DNA of 64,000 bases, taken from contig JAANOX010000126.1 of the NCBI GenBank assembly GCA_020184695.1, positions 248,001 to 312,000 on the forward strand, written 5' to 3'. Numbering within the stretch: the stretch's first letter is position 1; each line of letters begins with the position of its first letter. Positions 1 to 10,222 of this stretch are shown here, in pieces. Under the pieces are notes generated by a model. The model searched no databases. It was not told the origin of the DNA and saw only the letters and a program-made list of their open reading frames with translations. The DNA comes from Histomonas meleagridis 2922-C6/04-290x (Eukaryota > Protista > Parabasalia). Made by a program: the position numbers and the translations under genes.

Positions 1-536
1 ATACCAAAAAAAGATTTACGTGAAGCAGCGCGATACATATTCGCACCGCCAATTAATTCTATTTCATCAGATTTAATCGTGCGTTGTGTAAACGATGCTT
101 CGCTTCCCGTTTCAGTACAAATCGCAGTGAGCTTTGTGATTTTCTCACACTTAGATATTAAATATATTAAATTCCCAAATGGCTTTCGTTGATATGTTCC
201 ATCTAAACCAGCTATAATTACAACTTTCCCATTATTGGCAAGTTTTTCAGAAAATTCGACAATGTCTGGAAAGAATTGACCTTCATCAACTCCAATAACA
301 TCATATTTCGAACACATTTCATAACATGGTATAAGTAAATTTGTGGAAAATGCACTTTGCGTGTTCATATCATGTGTGGAAACTTTATCTGTGGAATAGC
401 GATCATCTTTAGCATATTTAATGATGATACACTGAAAACGTGCTAATTCAGCACGTTTGATACGTCGTAAGAGTTCTGTTGTCTTTCCAGCAAACATAGG
501 ACCAAAAATTAGCTCGATCCTTCCTGGAAAATACAT
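1..536 (-). CDS. TK: Thymidine kinase (TK1-like); 3' end runs off the window
   Basis: Manual translation from ATG at 536: MYFPGRIELIFGPMFAGKTTELLRR...YAKDDRY...DVIGVDEGQFF...VIIAGLDGTYQRKPF...IGGA. P-loop GPMFAGKT, Walker B DEGQF and the lid motif are typical of TK1. Not in the ORF track because the stop lies outside the window. Confidence 0.93.
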   Translation of the reverse strand, partial: MYFPGRIELIFGPMFAGKTTELLRRIKRAELARFQCIIIKYAKDDRYSTDKVSTHDMNTQSAFSTNLLIPCYEMCSKYDVIGVDEGQFFPDIVEFSEKLANNGKVVIIAGLDGTYQRKPFGNLIYLISKCEKITKLTAICTETGSEASFTQRTIKSDEIELIGGANMYRAASRKSFFG

Positions 537-1220
537 TTTAAAAAATGAGCAACCGCGGGCAACTCATTTTTGGGCGCCATATAAAAAAGTAAATTTATTT
601 CATTGAATGAGATGATTAAAAATTAAAATAAATAATTCTATGATATAAAACAAAATTTTAAACTTAAATGCAAGTGATAATATAAAAAGATCATGTAAAA
701 AATATATCAAATTATTTTTGAAATGCAAAACACTATTTTTTCATATTAGTAGAACAACTTTCTATTCTTATACATAAGAACTGAGTTTCGAATCTTATAA
801 TCTCGTAGATAATAAAAAAATTAAATTCTTCAAAAGCATTTGTAAAAACGAACTTTCAATATAACACCGATAATATTTTTCTGAAAAAACGTTTTTTCAA
901 TCAATTGAATTTTCTTATCGGCTTTCTTACTCTTTCCTACCATTCGAAATTTACATATGGTTGCAGGGAATTCTTGTGTATTTTTCGAAGTTGATGAATT
1001 AAATAGGAATGTGACCATATATTTTCTTGCAAAAAATTTCTATGCAGTGAATCCAACTCCGCCTTGGCCGATCATTTTTTTATTGTTAGCCACTCAATCA
1101 ACTTCTAAAAATCCACAAAATTTCCTGCTCCCTGTTTCTTATTGTTAAGCAATTCTTCATAAGGCACAAAATCACTTCAATGTATAGCATTCGTTATTTC
1201 ATAAAAGCTTTAAATTTTAT

Positions 1221-2780
1221 TTATTGAATTTGTACTGTTCCATCCTTCTTTCTTATCATTATCACAACGAATATAACAACAGCTATAATTGCGACCACAG
1301 CAACCACGCATCCGATGATAATGCCTACCTTTGAATGTGATCCGTCTTCTTTTGTTGTTAGTTCGTACACGTAGACTCTTGAGTATGGCTTTGGCTTTGT
1401 TTCCATTCCTTTTCCTGACTTCGACATTGCTCCTACGATGAACTTGGAACATTGTTCCGAATCCCAATCAAAGTCAGAAGCGAATATGATATATTGTTCT
1501 TCATACGATACAGTTGTACCTGGATATGAAATTTTCGGATCATAAATTGTTTGGAATATTTCGTATTGTTTTGTTGCAGCATTTTGTTGATATATTTTAA
1601 TGTATATACTATCTTCGCTACCGAAGAGTACACTTAAGAAGTTATTCTCGCCAGCCGAGCAGAAGAACATGTCGCTGATAGATTCATTACCTAACTGAAT
1701 GATTTGTTGTGGCGTTTTGCTCCATAAGTTTCCATCGCCACGTGCAAGGATGAAAATGGCATTAGATTTATCAGTCTTATGATTACTTGCATATAGCGCA
1801 ATGAGGGCATCGTCTTGTTTGATCCTAAATGTGGTGCTCATTCCGAAGTATTCATAATCGTCTGCACCATTACATGTGATTTCGTCTTGCGCTTGCCAGT
1901 CGTTGTTTCGATATGTGTATGGAAAGACACCGGAAAGACCGCCGCTGTTCTGTGTGGTGGTGGTGACATATAATGAGTCTGTTCCATAGAAGTCTAGTGT
2001 GGAGCCAAAGCGTTGTTTCTCTGCGTCATTGATTGTGGCCGGTGGACTGATGTATCGTTGGTTGTTGATATTGGAACCAAATGTTTCTGTGTTAACGCCG
2101 CCAACTTTACGCACTGAGGAACGGAATTTGTTGTAATATGAACCGGCATAGATGGATAAGTCGGATGATCCAGCAATGGCACGTCCATATCCTCCACGAT
2201 AAATTATGGTGGATGGAATGCTAATACCATTTTGTAGCCATGACCCATCATCTTGTCTGATGTACTCATAAATTGCTCCAATTTCTCTGTAATATTCAAC
2301 GCCATCGGAAACAACAGTATCATCATCTTGCTTAACATTCCATGTGGCGTCATAAATCTTGAAGTCTCTAAGACTAGTAGGAACATATGTATATGGCGCA
2401 CCAACAATAAGACGTTGGCCATCATCAGATAATAAAAGACGACTTGAAAATGTGCCTGGAATAACATTTGGATATTTGGAATCTTTTTGCGGTTGAATTC
2501 GCTTAAATGTTTCATTGTTTCCTGGGCTAATGGTGTAACTTCCAGTTGAAGGATTATAATCATAAACATAAACACCACCAATTCTGTCTTCATTTTCAGG
2601 GTCATCAGGAATCTTGAATCCGTCTATTTTGAGATATTCAGCACCAACAGCAATTCTATCTCTTGAAAATGAGATTGCTCGACCAAAAAGTCCAAGTTCG
2701 TTATCAGTTGGAGGCCAAAGCGTTTGCTTTAATTCGAAGTACTTTGCTGAAAAAGCGCAAGAAATGAAAAGGAATATCAT
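1221..2780 (-). CDS. Type-I membrane protein with signal peptide, FG-GAP-like beta-propeller repeats, C-terminal TM helix and short tail
   Basis: ORF 1221-2894; likely start MIFLFISC at 2780 directly after an Inr-like TCACT. Repeats FGRAISFSRDRIAVGA, FSSRLLLSDDGQRLIVGAP, YGRAIA, RFGSTL, YFGMS; TM GIIIGCVVAVVAIIAVVIFVVIMI followed by RKK. Confidence 0.7.
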   Translation of the reverse strand: MIFLFISCAFSAKYFELKQTLWPPTDNELGLFGRAISFSRDRIAVGAEYLKIDGFKIPDDPENEDRIGGVYVYDYNPSTGSYTISPGNNETFKRIQPQKDSKYPNVIPGTFSSRLLLSDDGQRLIVGAPYTYVPTSLRDFKIYDATWNVKQDDDTVVSDGVEYYREIGAIYEYIRQDDGSWLQNGISIPSTIIYRGGYGRAIAGSSDLSIYAGSYYNKFRSSVRKVGGVNTETFGSNINNQRYISPPATINDAEKQRFGSTLDFYGTDSLYVTTTTQNSGGLSGVFPYTYRNNDWQAQDEITCNGADDYEYFGMSTTFRIKQDDALIALYASNHKTDKSNAIFILARGDGNLWSKTPQQIIQLGNESISDMFFCSAGENNFLSVLFGSEDSIYIKIYQQNAATKQYEIFQTIYDPKISYPGTTVSYEEQYIIFASDFDWDSEQCSKFIVGAMSKSGKGMETKPKPYSRVYVYELTTKEDGSHSKVGIIIGCVVAVVAIIAVVIFVVIMIRKKDGTVQIQ

Positions 2781-3039
2781 AAAGTGAACTGAAAAGACGC
2801 TATGGTTGATTAAGTGTTGTAAACTATTTAAAAGTGGCGGCCACTGGCGCATTGAACCACGACAAACAAACAAAAATACCAACATCTCCTCCATTATTTA
2901 TGCTTATTCTATAAATGACATACCCAATACTTTTTAATGTTTTCTTATGTCAAAACTTAATAAATTTATCACTAATACATTCAGCTTTAATGTTTGTCAA
3001 GACATTAAAAACCCATAATTTTCGAAAAGTAAGTTCAGT

Positions 3040-5496
3040 TTACTCATCAATTCTTTCATAAAATAGGACATATCCTTTGGAAGTATGAACCATTTTTGCA
3101 CTCTCAGAAGTTACAGTTGAGTCATTAAAGCAATACCAATTATCTCCTTTGCACGCATGATCCCCTTGTGAAACAATACAATGAGCCTTATAATGGCCTG
3201 CTGATAATTTAGAACCATCATGTTCAGACACAGCATAAAGTCTATATTTCAAACTTTTTTCATGTGGCCCCATCACATAATCACTTAAATCGAATACATC
3301 TGGATAATCAACATATGTTTCTAATTTGCTAGATACCTCACCACAAACAAACCTCTTTAAACTTATAATTAAGACCTTTGGGATTGACCATATGTCCATC
3401 TTTTTAATGGCACAAACAAATTCGTGGCATTGTGGACAGTACCATTTGTTATCTTCATCCAAAGTTTCCTCTGTTGTAAAGTAGTCAAAACACGTATTCA
3501 ATGTAATTTGATCGTTGCCATTTTGTGGATTTCTTGAATTGACTTCATAATGTCGAACCAATGACAAAAGTGAAAATCCTTTTTCTGGTTGAACTGCTTT
3601 TGCAGTAAATTCTAAAGTTGCAATTTTGTTAGTGAGATAATTAAAGTTCTTATCTGGTTTTAATTCGTTTTCTGTTTCATAATAACCTTTTACGATCTTG
3701 ACGATGATTTCTTTTCCTTCAAAATCTTCTGTTGGAAGTTGAATCTCTTCAATTAATTTCTTAATTTCAGTTGTTTCTTCAACTCCTTCTGGTGGCTGCC
3801 AGACACAACTTAAGCGTTCCCTGACTGAGATTGATATTTCTTTTTCATAATCTGTGGTTGAATTTACTGGTACTAATATCGGACCAGCAACTTCAATATC
3901 TTGTGAATAGAATCCTCCTGAATTCTTTATCATATACACGCAACAAGGTACATAAAGCTTATCAGTTGATGGAATTTCAAATGCATAATATATTGGTCGA
4001 TAATATTGAACCGAATTATCCGAATTATACCCCCAAGTCATAGCTTTTCCGTAACCCTTAAGTCCTACCACTACATTTACTTCTTTACCAATAGCCTCTG
4101 ATATTACTTTCGAGAAATCAGACATTTTTGGACAAGTTGGAACAGTTATTACGAGCTTTATATGCTTTTCTCTAAAGTCATAAGGGAAGTAAGTAACGTT
4201 TAACTTAATTTGATGAGGCTTTGATATCGGTAAATTTAAAATATTGTATGGATCAAATACAACTGTTTTTGAATGACAATTTGGGCAATTAATGACAGAT
4301 CTTAATTGACCGTAAAATGTATCCACGATTATACTATCATTTCTTTTCTTATAAATAGCCCAAGATTTCTTTGAGATTTCGTCATCGTTTGTTCCATCGC
4401 CGTTGACGGTTTCGGTTACCGGTTTATCGGCGCAGCGGTTTAAATCCTCGTGAATGCCATCAAGCATAATTGTGATCAATTCCTGGCAATCTTGCTCATT
4501 TGATTCACGAAACATAGGGGCGTATTCACCTACAACTTGCTTAAGTTCGCGTGGCGCTATAATAGCGTTTTTACCACTCCAAACTTCTTTAAATAGCTTG
4601 CCAAATGCGCAAGCTAATTTGCCTTTCATCCCAATCGGATTTGTGGTATTAAGATCTTTCTCCCAATCATCGTTAAGGAAAATCTTCTTGAGGGGATTAG
4701 TATGAATAAGACATTGAACACCTGCGTTGAAAAAACATGTTTTCCCGAAATTACCAAATCCAACTATACCTGGAGCTATGGCGGGCTTATTACAATTACA
4801 CATTTCGGGATATGCACCTGCGCTTGCTGAACGAGAAACGATGGTGGAGTCGGTTTTTTCGAAATCCCAAATTCCATCTTCGCCTTTTGTGTCCAATAAA
4901 ATTGTCTGATGGTCATAAAGTTTTGTGTCTATAATCATATCATTGTCATTGAGAAATTCACTGAAACTTTTAAGATGAGCGTTATTATTGCTATAAATAT
5001 CAACAAGCCTTGATTGTGTATCTTCTGGTAAATTGAATAATTTGAGAGCCTTTTCGCGAAGGGATGATATTTTTTCATATTTATTTGTTTCTATTCCAAT
5101 TTTTTGTTGGTGATAAACAATGATAAATGTAAGACGAGAAACAACTGCAACAGAAGTTCCCTTATATTCTACAACATTAACAGGTATAACAGGGCCACCG
5201 CCATACCATGAATAAAACAATTCCCAAATTGGTTTGGAAATAATTTCATAATCAAGTCTTTCATGATACTGTTTGAAGTCAAATTTACCATCTTTTAGTA
5301 GTGCTGAATTATCTATTTGACCACATGACATATCAATGTCAATATCTCCTGAAACATCGTTTTTCCATTTATTTAACCATTCTGTAGAAATAATATATGC
5401 GTTTTCTCCTGGCTTAAGAGGTGATTGCTTTAAAAGTTTTTTGTATTGTGTATATTGTTCTTTTGGTTGCGGAATTCTGTGAACTTCTGCAGCCAT
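3040..5496 (-). CDS. Ubiquitin-specific protease, USP4/11/15-like (DUSP + catalytic USP domain)
   Basis: DUSP (YIISTEWLNKWK; WELFYSWYGGGP), Cys box GFGNFGKTCFFNAGVQCL, QDCQE, WYCPQC, His box GHYKA, WYCFNDS. Confidence 0.92.
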   Translation of the reverse strand: MAAEVHRIPQPKEQYTQYKKLLKQSPLKPGENAYIISTEWLNKWKNDVSGDIDIDMSCGQIDNSALLKDGKFDFKQYHERLDYEIISKPIWELFYSWYGGGPVIPVNVVEYKGTSVAVVSRLTFIIVYHQQKIGIETNKYEKISSLREKALKLFNLPEDTQSRLVDIYSNNNAHLKSFSEFLNDNDMIIDTKLYDHQTILLDTKGEDGIWDFEKTDSTIVSRSASAGAYPEMCNCNKPAIAPGIVGFGNFGKTCFFNAGVQCLIHTNPLKKIFLNDDWEKDLNTTNPIGMKGKLACAFGKLFKEVWSGKNAIIAPRELKQVVGEYAPMFRESNEQDCQELITIMLDGIHEDLNRCADKPVTETVNGDGTNDDEISKKSWAIYKKRNDSIIVDTFYGQLRSVINCPNCHSKTVVFDPYNILNLPISKPHQIKLNVTYFPYDFREKHIKLVITVPTCPKMSDFSKVISEAIGKEVNVVVGLKGYGKAMTWGYNSDNSVQYYRPIYYAFEIPSTDKLYVPCCVYMIKNSGGFYSQDIEVAGPILVPVNSTTDYEKEISISVRERLSCVWQPPEGVEETTEIKKLIEEIQLPTEDFEGKEIIVKIVKGYYETENELKPDKNFNYLTNKIATLEFTAKAVQPEKGFSLLSLVRHYEVNSRNPQNGNDQITLNTCFDYFTTEETLDEDNKWYCPQCHEFVCAIKKMDIWSIPKVLIISLKRFVCGEVSSKLETYVDYPDVFDLSDYVMGPHEKSLKYRLYAVSEHDGSKLSAGHYKAHCIVSQGDHACKGDNWYCFNDSTVTSESAKMVHTSKGYVLFYERIDE

Positions 5497-5603
5497 TTCG
5501 AAGAGTACGTTTTAGCGGTTTATAGTCCCCCCTAAAAAAAAAGAAAAAATCAAAAAAAATATTTTAGGTCGGCCAAAAAAGAACAGAAAATCTCGTGTAA
5601 AGT

Positions 5604-6395
5604 TCAGAAAAAGTCTTGGCGTTGGCTTAGGAGCTTTGTAATAGTGTTGTTGTACGCTTGTTGTTGCTTAAGCTTATTATATTCGACTAGAAATTGATCC
5701 ATGTTGATGGCTTTCGAAGAAAGCTTAGATTGAAGTTCTTGGATTTTAGCATCTACTCTTGCATTTTCATTCTTGAGTTCAGCAATCTTATTATTCTTAC
5801 TTTGATTGATCTGGGCAGCAATTGCTTGTTTGCTTTGAGTTAATTGGACTTCTAATTGTTGCTTTGTGGAAATACTTTGGGTAAGGAGGCTTGATTTTTG
5901 ACTAATTCCGGATGCCGCTGTTTTGACTTTGTTCTTGAGATTATTGGCGTTACCCTCTGAGGAACGTTTGGCATTGATCGCATTTGAATACGTTGGGAGA
6001 GATGAAAGAAATTCTAGACGACCTTCAGGAGTTGCAATCTTTGAAGGTGGGAAAGATTGGATGCTTGATTGTATTTCAGTGGGATTTGGTTGAAAAGGTT
6101 GAGGTTTGTTAATAGATGCATAACAAGAAAGTTGAGAAAGAATGTCACTAATTGTAAAAACGCTTTGCCAATATCGTATTATTGGGATAGAAATCGCAGC
6201 ACCATTTGAAGTTACTGAAGGAGGTGAAATAGGAAAATTATTTTGCAAGATAATTATGAAATTATCTTCGCTATTTGGAAATTTAATAGACATTTCAAAT
6301 TGGCTCTTGCACACCAAGGTTGGATACTTCTTTTTTGCTTCAAATGCCTGAATCATAGAAGTAGCTTGTGTCATGAGAAATATGTCACTTTTCAA
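5604..6395 (-). CDS. UEV-like N-terminus plus coiled coil; probable ESCRT-I Vps37-like protein
   Basis: ILQNNFPISPPSV (UEV/E2-like), long coiled coil, C-terminal MDQFLVEYNKLKQ resembling the Mod(r) domain. Confidence 0.45.
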   Translation of the reverse strand: MKSDIFLMTQATSMIQAFEAKKKYPTLVCKSQFEMSIKFPNSEDNFIIILQNNFPISPPSVTSNGAAISIPIIRYWQSVFTISDILSQLSCYASINKPQPFQPNPTEIQSSIQSFPPSKIATPEGRLEFLSSLPTYSNAINAKRSSEGNANNLKNKVKTAASGISQKSSLLTQSISTKQQLEVQLTQSKQAIAAQINQSKNNKIAELKNENARVDAKIQELQSKLSSKAINMDQFLVEYNKLKQQQAYNNTITKLLSQRQDFF

Positions 6396-6567
6396 TATTT
6401 TGACGGTTAAAAATAAAGCATTGTATTAAACGTTCTCTTTGGCAACATGCTTTCTGCAGAAACAAAAACAATTTATTACAAGATAAGTCAATTCATATTT
6501 AGTTATGTTTCTTAAAATGTAATTCTAAAGAAAAAAAAAAATAAGTAAAATATGTGAACTTTAATAT

Positions 6568-7170
6568 TTATTTGTTGAGTTCACTCTTAAGTGAGACAAT
6601 TTTTGCCTTGAATTCGTTCATTTGTTGCTTGTCTTCCTCCTTTTCAGCTGTCTGCAAGCGTTGATCAAGGAAATTAATTATGTTATCCATTGACTGGTTA
6701 TATTGAGTTAAAAACTCGTTTGCATAATTAAACATATCAGTAGCAACTGTTTTCCATGGGATGTTGCTATTGTTAAGTCCGATTTCATAAGCTTTTTTAT
6801 ACTCGTTTTGAGATTCTTTAATATTATTTCTCCTTGATTCAACATCAGCAAGGTATTCATGAACTTCAATAAGGTCTCCCTCAAAGCTTCCATCTTGATC
6901 AATATTTTCATAGACAGTCACTGCATTTGTTAAAACAATTTTTGCTTCTTCCAAGATTGAGTCAAGATTATCCTCGTCAACGTCTTCAAAATCTGTTGAA
7001 AGGATTAAGCATCTCCCATAGTTTGTAAAGTCGATTGCCATATCAAGAGAGAAAGGAAAATCTTTATCAAAATTTTTGAGCAATTCACGATATGCATCGC
7101 AAGCCTCAGTGTAATGCTCGTCGTTAAAGAGAGCTTGGGCTTCCATGCGAAGAGAGCGATTATCTTCCAT
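6568..7170 (-). CDS. Acidic TPR protein, NASP/Sim3-like histone chaperone candidate
   Basis: TPR-like helices (YGRCLI; EVHEYLADVESRRNNIKESQNEYKKAYEI) interrupted by an acidic patch, as in SHNi-TPR proteins. Confidence 0.45.
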   Translation of the reverse strand: MEDNRSLRMEAQALFNDEHYTEACDAYRELLKNFDKDFPFSLDMAIDFTNYGRCLILSTDFEDVDEDNLDSILEEAKIVLTNAVTVYENIDQDGSFEGDLIEVHEYLADVESRRNNIKESQNEYKKAYEIGLNNSNIPWKTVATDMFNYANEFLTQYNQSMDNIINFLDQRLQTAEKEEDKQQMNEFKAKIVSLKSELNK

Positions 7171-7385
7171 TTTTATTATAAATGACTTGGCATACTAACC
7201 GTTGGCATTGTTCAAATTTTGAGTTAAAACGAGTTCACCTTTCGGTTAGAATATTAACGTTCATCACCTTTTTATTTGTTCGTTGAAATGAAGATCAATT
7301 TTTCTCCTTTAGAAGAAACTGAATACATATAAAAATCTCATATTAAAAATTAGAAAATTCATTTCTTTATTTATAATAATAATAA

Positions 7386-10146
7386 TTATTTCTTTTTAAG
7401 CAATTTCACAATGTCTTTATGCCCTTCATTAGATGCAATTTTACATGCTGTTTCAAATATATATTATAAATTTTATATAATATTTTTTTATTCCAAATTT
7501 TGAAGACATATATTAAATTCATTAATAAAATATTTTTAATATTTAAATTTATTCCTTTTTGTTTAATAAGCAATTTAACTATTTCAGTTGAACCTTTTCT
7601 TGCTGCATACATTAAAGCTGTTTCAAACAATATCATAAGACTTCAATTTTAGTTATAAAACATCGAATGATAAATACGAATTTCAAAATTACTAAACAAA
7701 ATTTATCTTTAATGTTTAAATTAATTCCTTTATACTTAAGAAGCATTTTTATAATTTCAATTTGCTCTGTTTCTACTGCATAAATAAGAGCAGTTTTAAG
7801 TCGTAATAATAAATACCAAATTTTATGAAGAAATATAAAACTATTAAAACAAATACGAAATTAAACAAACAAATATCTCTATTATTTATTTTGATTCCTT
7901 CTTTTTGAAGAATCAATTTAGCGATTTCAAAATGCTCATTCACAATTGCTAGTAAAAGTGCATTTCGAAATTATATTAATTAAATCCAAATATTTTGAAT
8001 CATCAAATCATTTAATATAAACATCAAAAAAAAAACTATTATATTTCATCCTTAACATTAATATCAATTTCTTTTTGTTCAAGAAGTAATTTGACTATTT
8101 CTGTATAACCATTTTCAGATGCTAAAATAAGTGCTGTGTTAAATAATTTAAATAATTTCCAAATATTATTTTGAAATACCAAATTATTAAAATAAATTAT
8201 AAATAAAACAAATAAATATTTTTAGCATTAATATCAATTCCTTCTTGTTCAAGAAGTATTTTCATTATTTCTGGTTGATTACATTGAGCTGCTAAGATCA
8301 ATGCATTAAAAAATTATTTAAATAAAATTCAAAAAATATTTTAAAATGCCATAAAATATTATAAACAAATTTCAAATAACATAAATAAAAATTAATATTA
8401 TCACGAATATCTTCATGTTTTAATAAAGTTTGTATAATATCAGGCCAACCTCTTTCAATTGCTTCAACTAATAATGTTATAAACATATTAAATAAATTCC
8501 ATAAATTATAAATTAAACATGAAGTTTTAATGATTAACTTTAAATAAAACATAAAAGTATAAAAAGTATAAAAAATATTTTTTGCAGTATAATCGATATC
8601 TTTTTGTTCAAGTAAGAATTCAACAACATCAATTTTATTCTCAATTGCTGCTAATAAAAGTGCTGTATTAAATAATTTAAGTCATTATTATAACATAATA
8701 AAAAACATTAAATCATTAAAATTAATCAAATCTTTATAATTAATATCAGTTTTCTCATTTTGAAGTAATAATTTAACAATATCAATGTTCCCTTTAGAAG
8801 ATGCTTCCAGAAAAGCAGTTTTACATTATTAAAATAAATTCCAATTAAAAGATAAAAATTTCAAACATTTATTATAAAAATCATATAAAACATTGAGACA
8901 GTTTTTGCATTAACATCAATTTCCTGATTTTCGAGAAGTATTTCAGCAATTTTTCCAGTTAATGCTAACATTAAAGGAGTCATAAAACATGAAAATGAAC
9001 ACCAATAAATCATAAATAACATTTTTAGATTTAGCGTTAATATCAATTCCATCTTTTTTAGCAACAAATTCAACAAGTTCATAATTAGATGTACGTGTTG
9101 CATAAACTAAAATATTTTTCGGAGTTTGATGGTTTTCAAGAAAATATTTCAGAAGAAACAAATTTCCATTTTTTGCACATTTATTAATTATTTCATCATT
9201 AATTTCTAAGTTTTTTTCCATCAAAAATGTTAATATTTCAAAGTTATCCCAGATAATACATTTCTTTCCTAACTCTTGCAAATTATCAATTTCGTCTAAT
9301 TTGTTTTCATAAATATATCTAAAGACATCATTTCGATGGAATATAATTGCTATTTCATATGCACCTTTAAATGATGAATGATTTTGTTCACATAAATGAA
9401 TGATTTCAATGTTTCCACCTGCAACTGCGTATTTACCTGTGTTATTTACATTTGCACCATTCATAAGTAAAAACTTAAAACATTTTATAGAAGAAAAAAA
9501 TGCTGCATAATCAATTATTAATAGAAATGGATGTTTTAGGAGAAAACATGATTCATATTGACTTCTTTCAATTTGTTGATTAAATGAAAAGTCTTTTAGT
9601 GTTGATAATTCTTGCAATTGTTCAATATCATCATTTCGTAATACTTCGGCAATTTTGGTTGGATTAACTCCTTCATGAAACAATTTTTTATGAAGTTCTT
9701 TGGACTCACTTAGATTTGGTCGATGATGAATAAAAAATAATGAACGTATATTTTTTATAATATCTTCACTATAATAACCATCTTCAATTAACATTTCCAT
9801 AAGATAAATACTTTCATATACATTATATCGTTTCCTATTTGTTATATAATTATAAAATATTTCAATGGGATTTTGGTCAAATAATTTTTCGCTTTCTTCT
9901 TTTTTGTAATTTCTTTAAAAAACGTAAATACACATGAATATTTCCCTTTCTCGCTACGAAAAAAGAAAATATTAAATGGCATAATTCCAAATTAATTGAA
10001 TATGAATAATTTGTATCAAATAGATTAATGATTTCATCAATAGATGTTTCAATATTTGATTCATTTAACTCGTAAACAATATGATTTATAGACTGAAGAT
10101 AAGAAAGAGAATCTTTCGTGTTGATTTCCTGATTTTCTTGAGACAT
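7386..10146 (-). CDS. Locus A: DUF3447-type ankyrin gene with 10 T-rich inserts interrupting the C-terminal ankyrin repeats, plus one +1 frameshift near 9900
   Basis: ATG (MSQENQE) at 10146; ORF 8943-9800 with IDYAAFFSSIKCFKFLLMNGA and YAVAGGNIEIIHLCEQ. Repeat starts at 9116, 8980, 8819, 8666, 8477, 8307, 8137, 7964, 7794, 7621, 7451; final stop TAA at 7386-7388. Confidence 0.75.
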
Positions 10147-10222
10147 TTCAAAATGTGAATGACATGTGATGTGAAACAGATGCAACGATAAAATTCTAAA
10201 CAAAAAATCCTTTTTACTTATC

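Noticed and set aside
830-1148. Small ORFs and a possible kinase Gly-loop remnant (IGQGGVG) on the minus strand
   Set aside because: Broken by stops and no further kinase motifs found; too weak to call.
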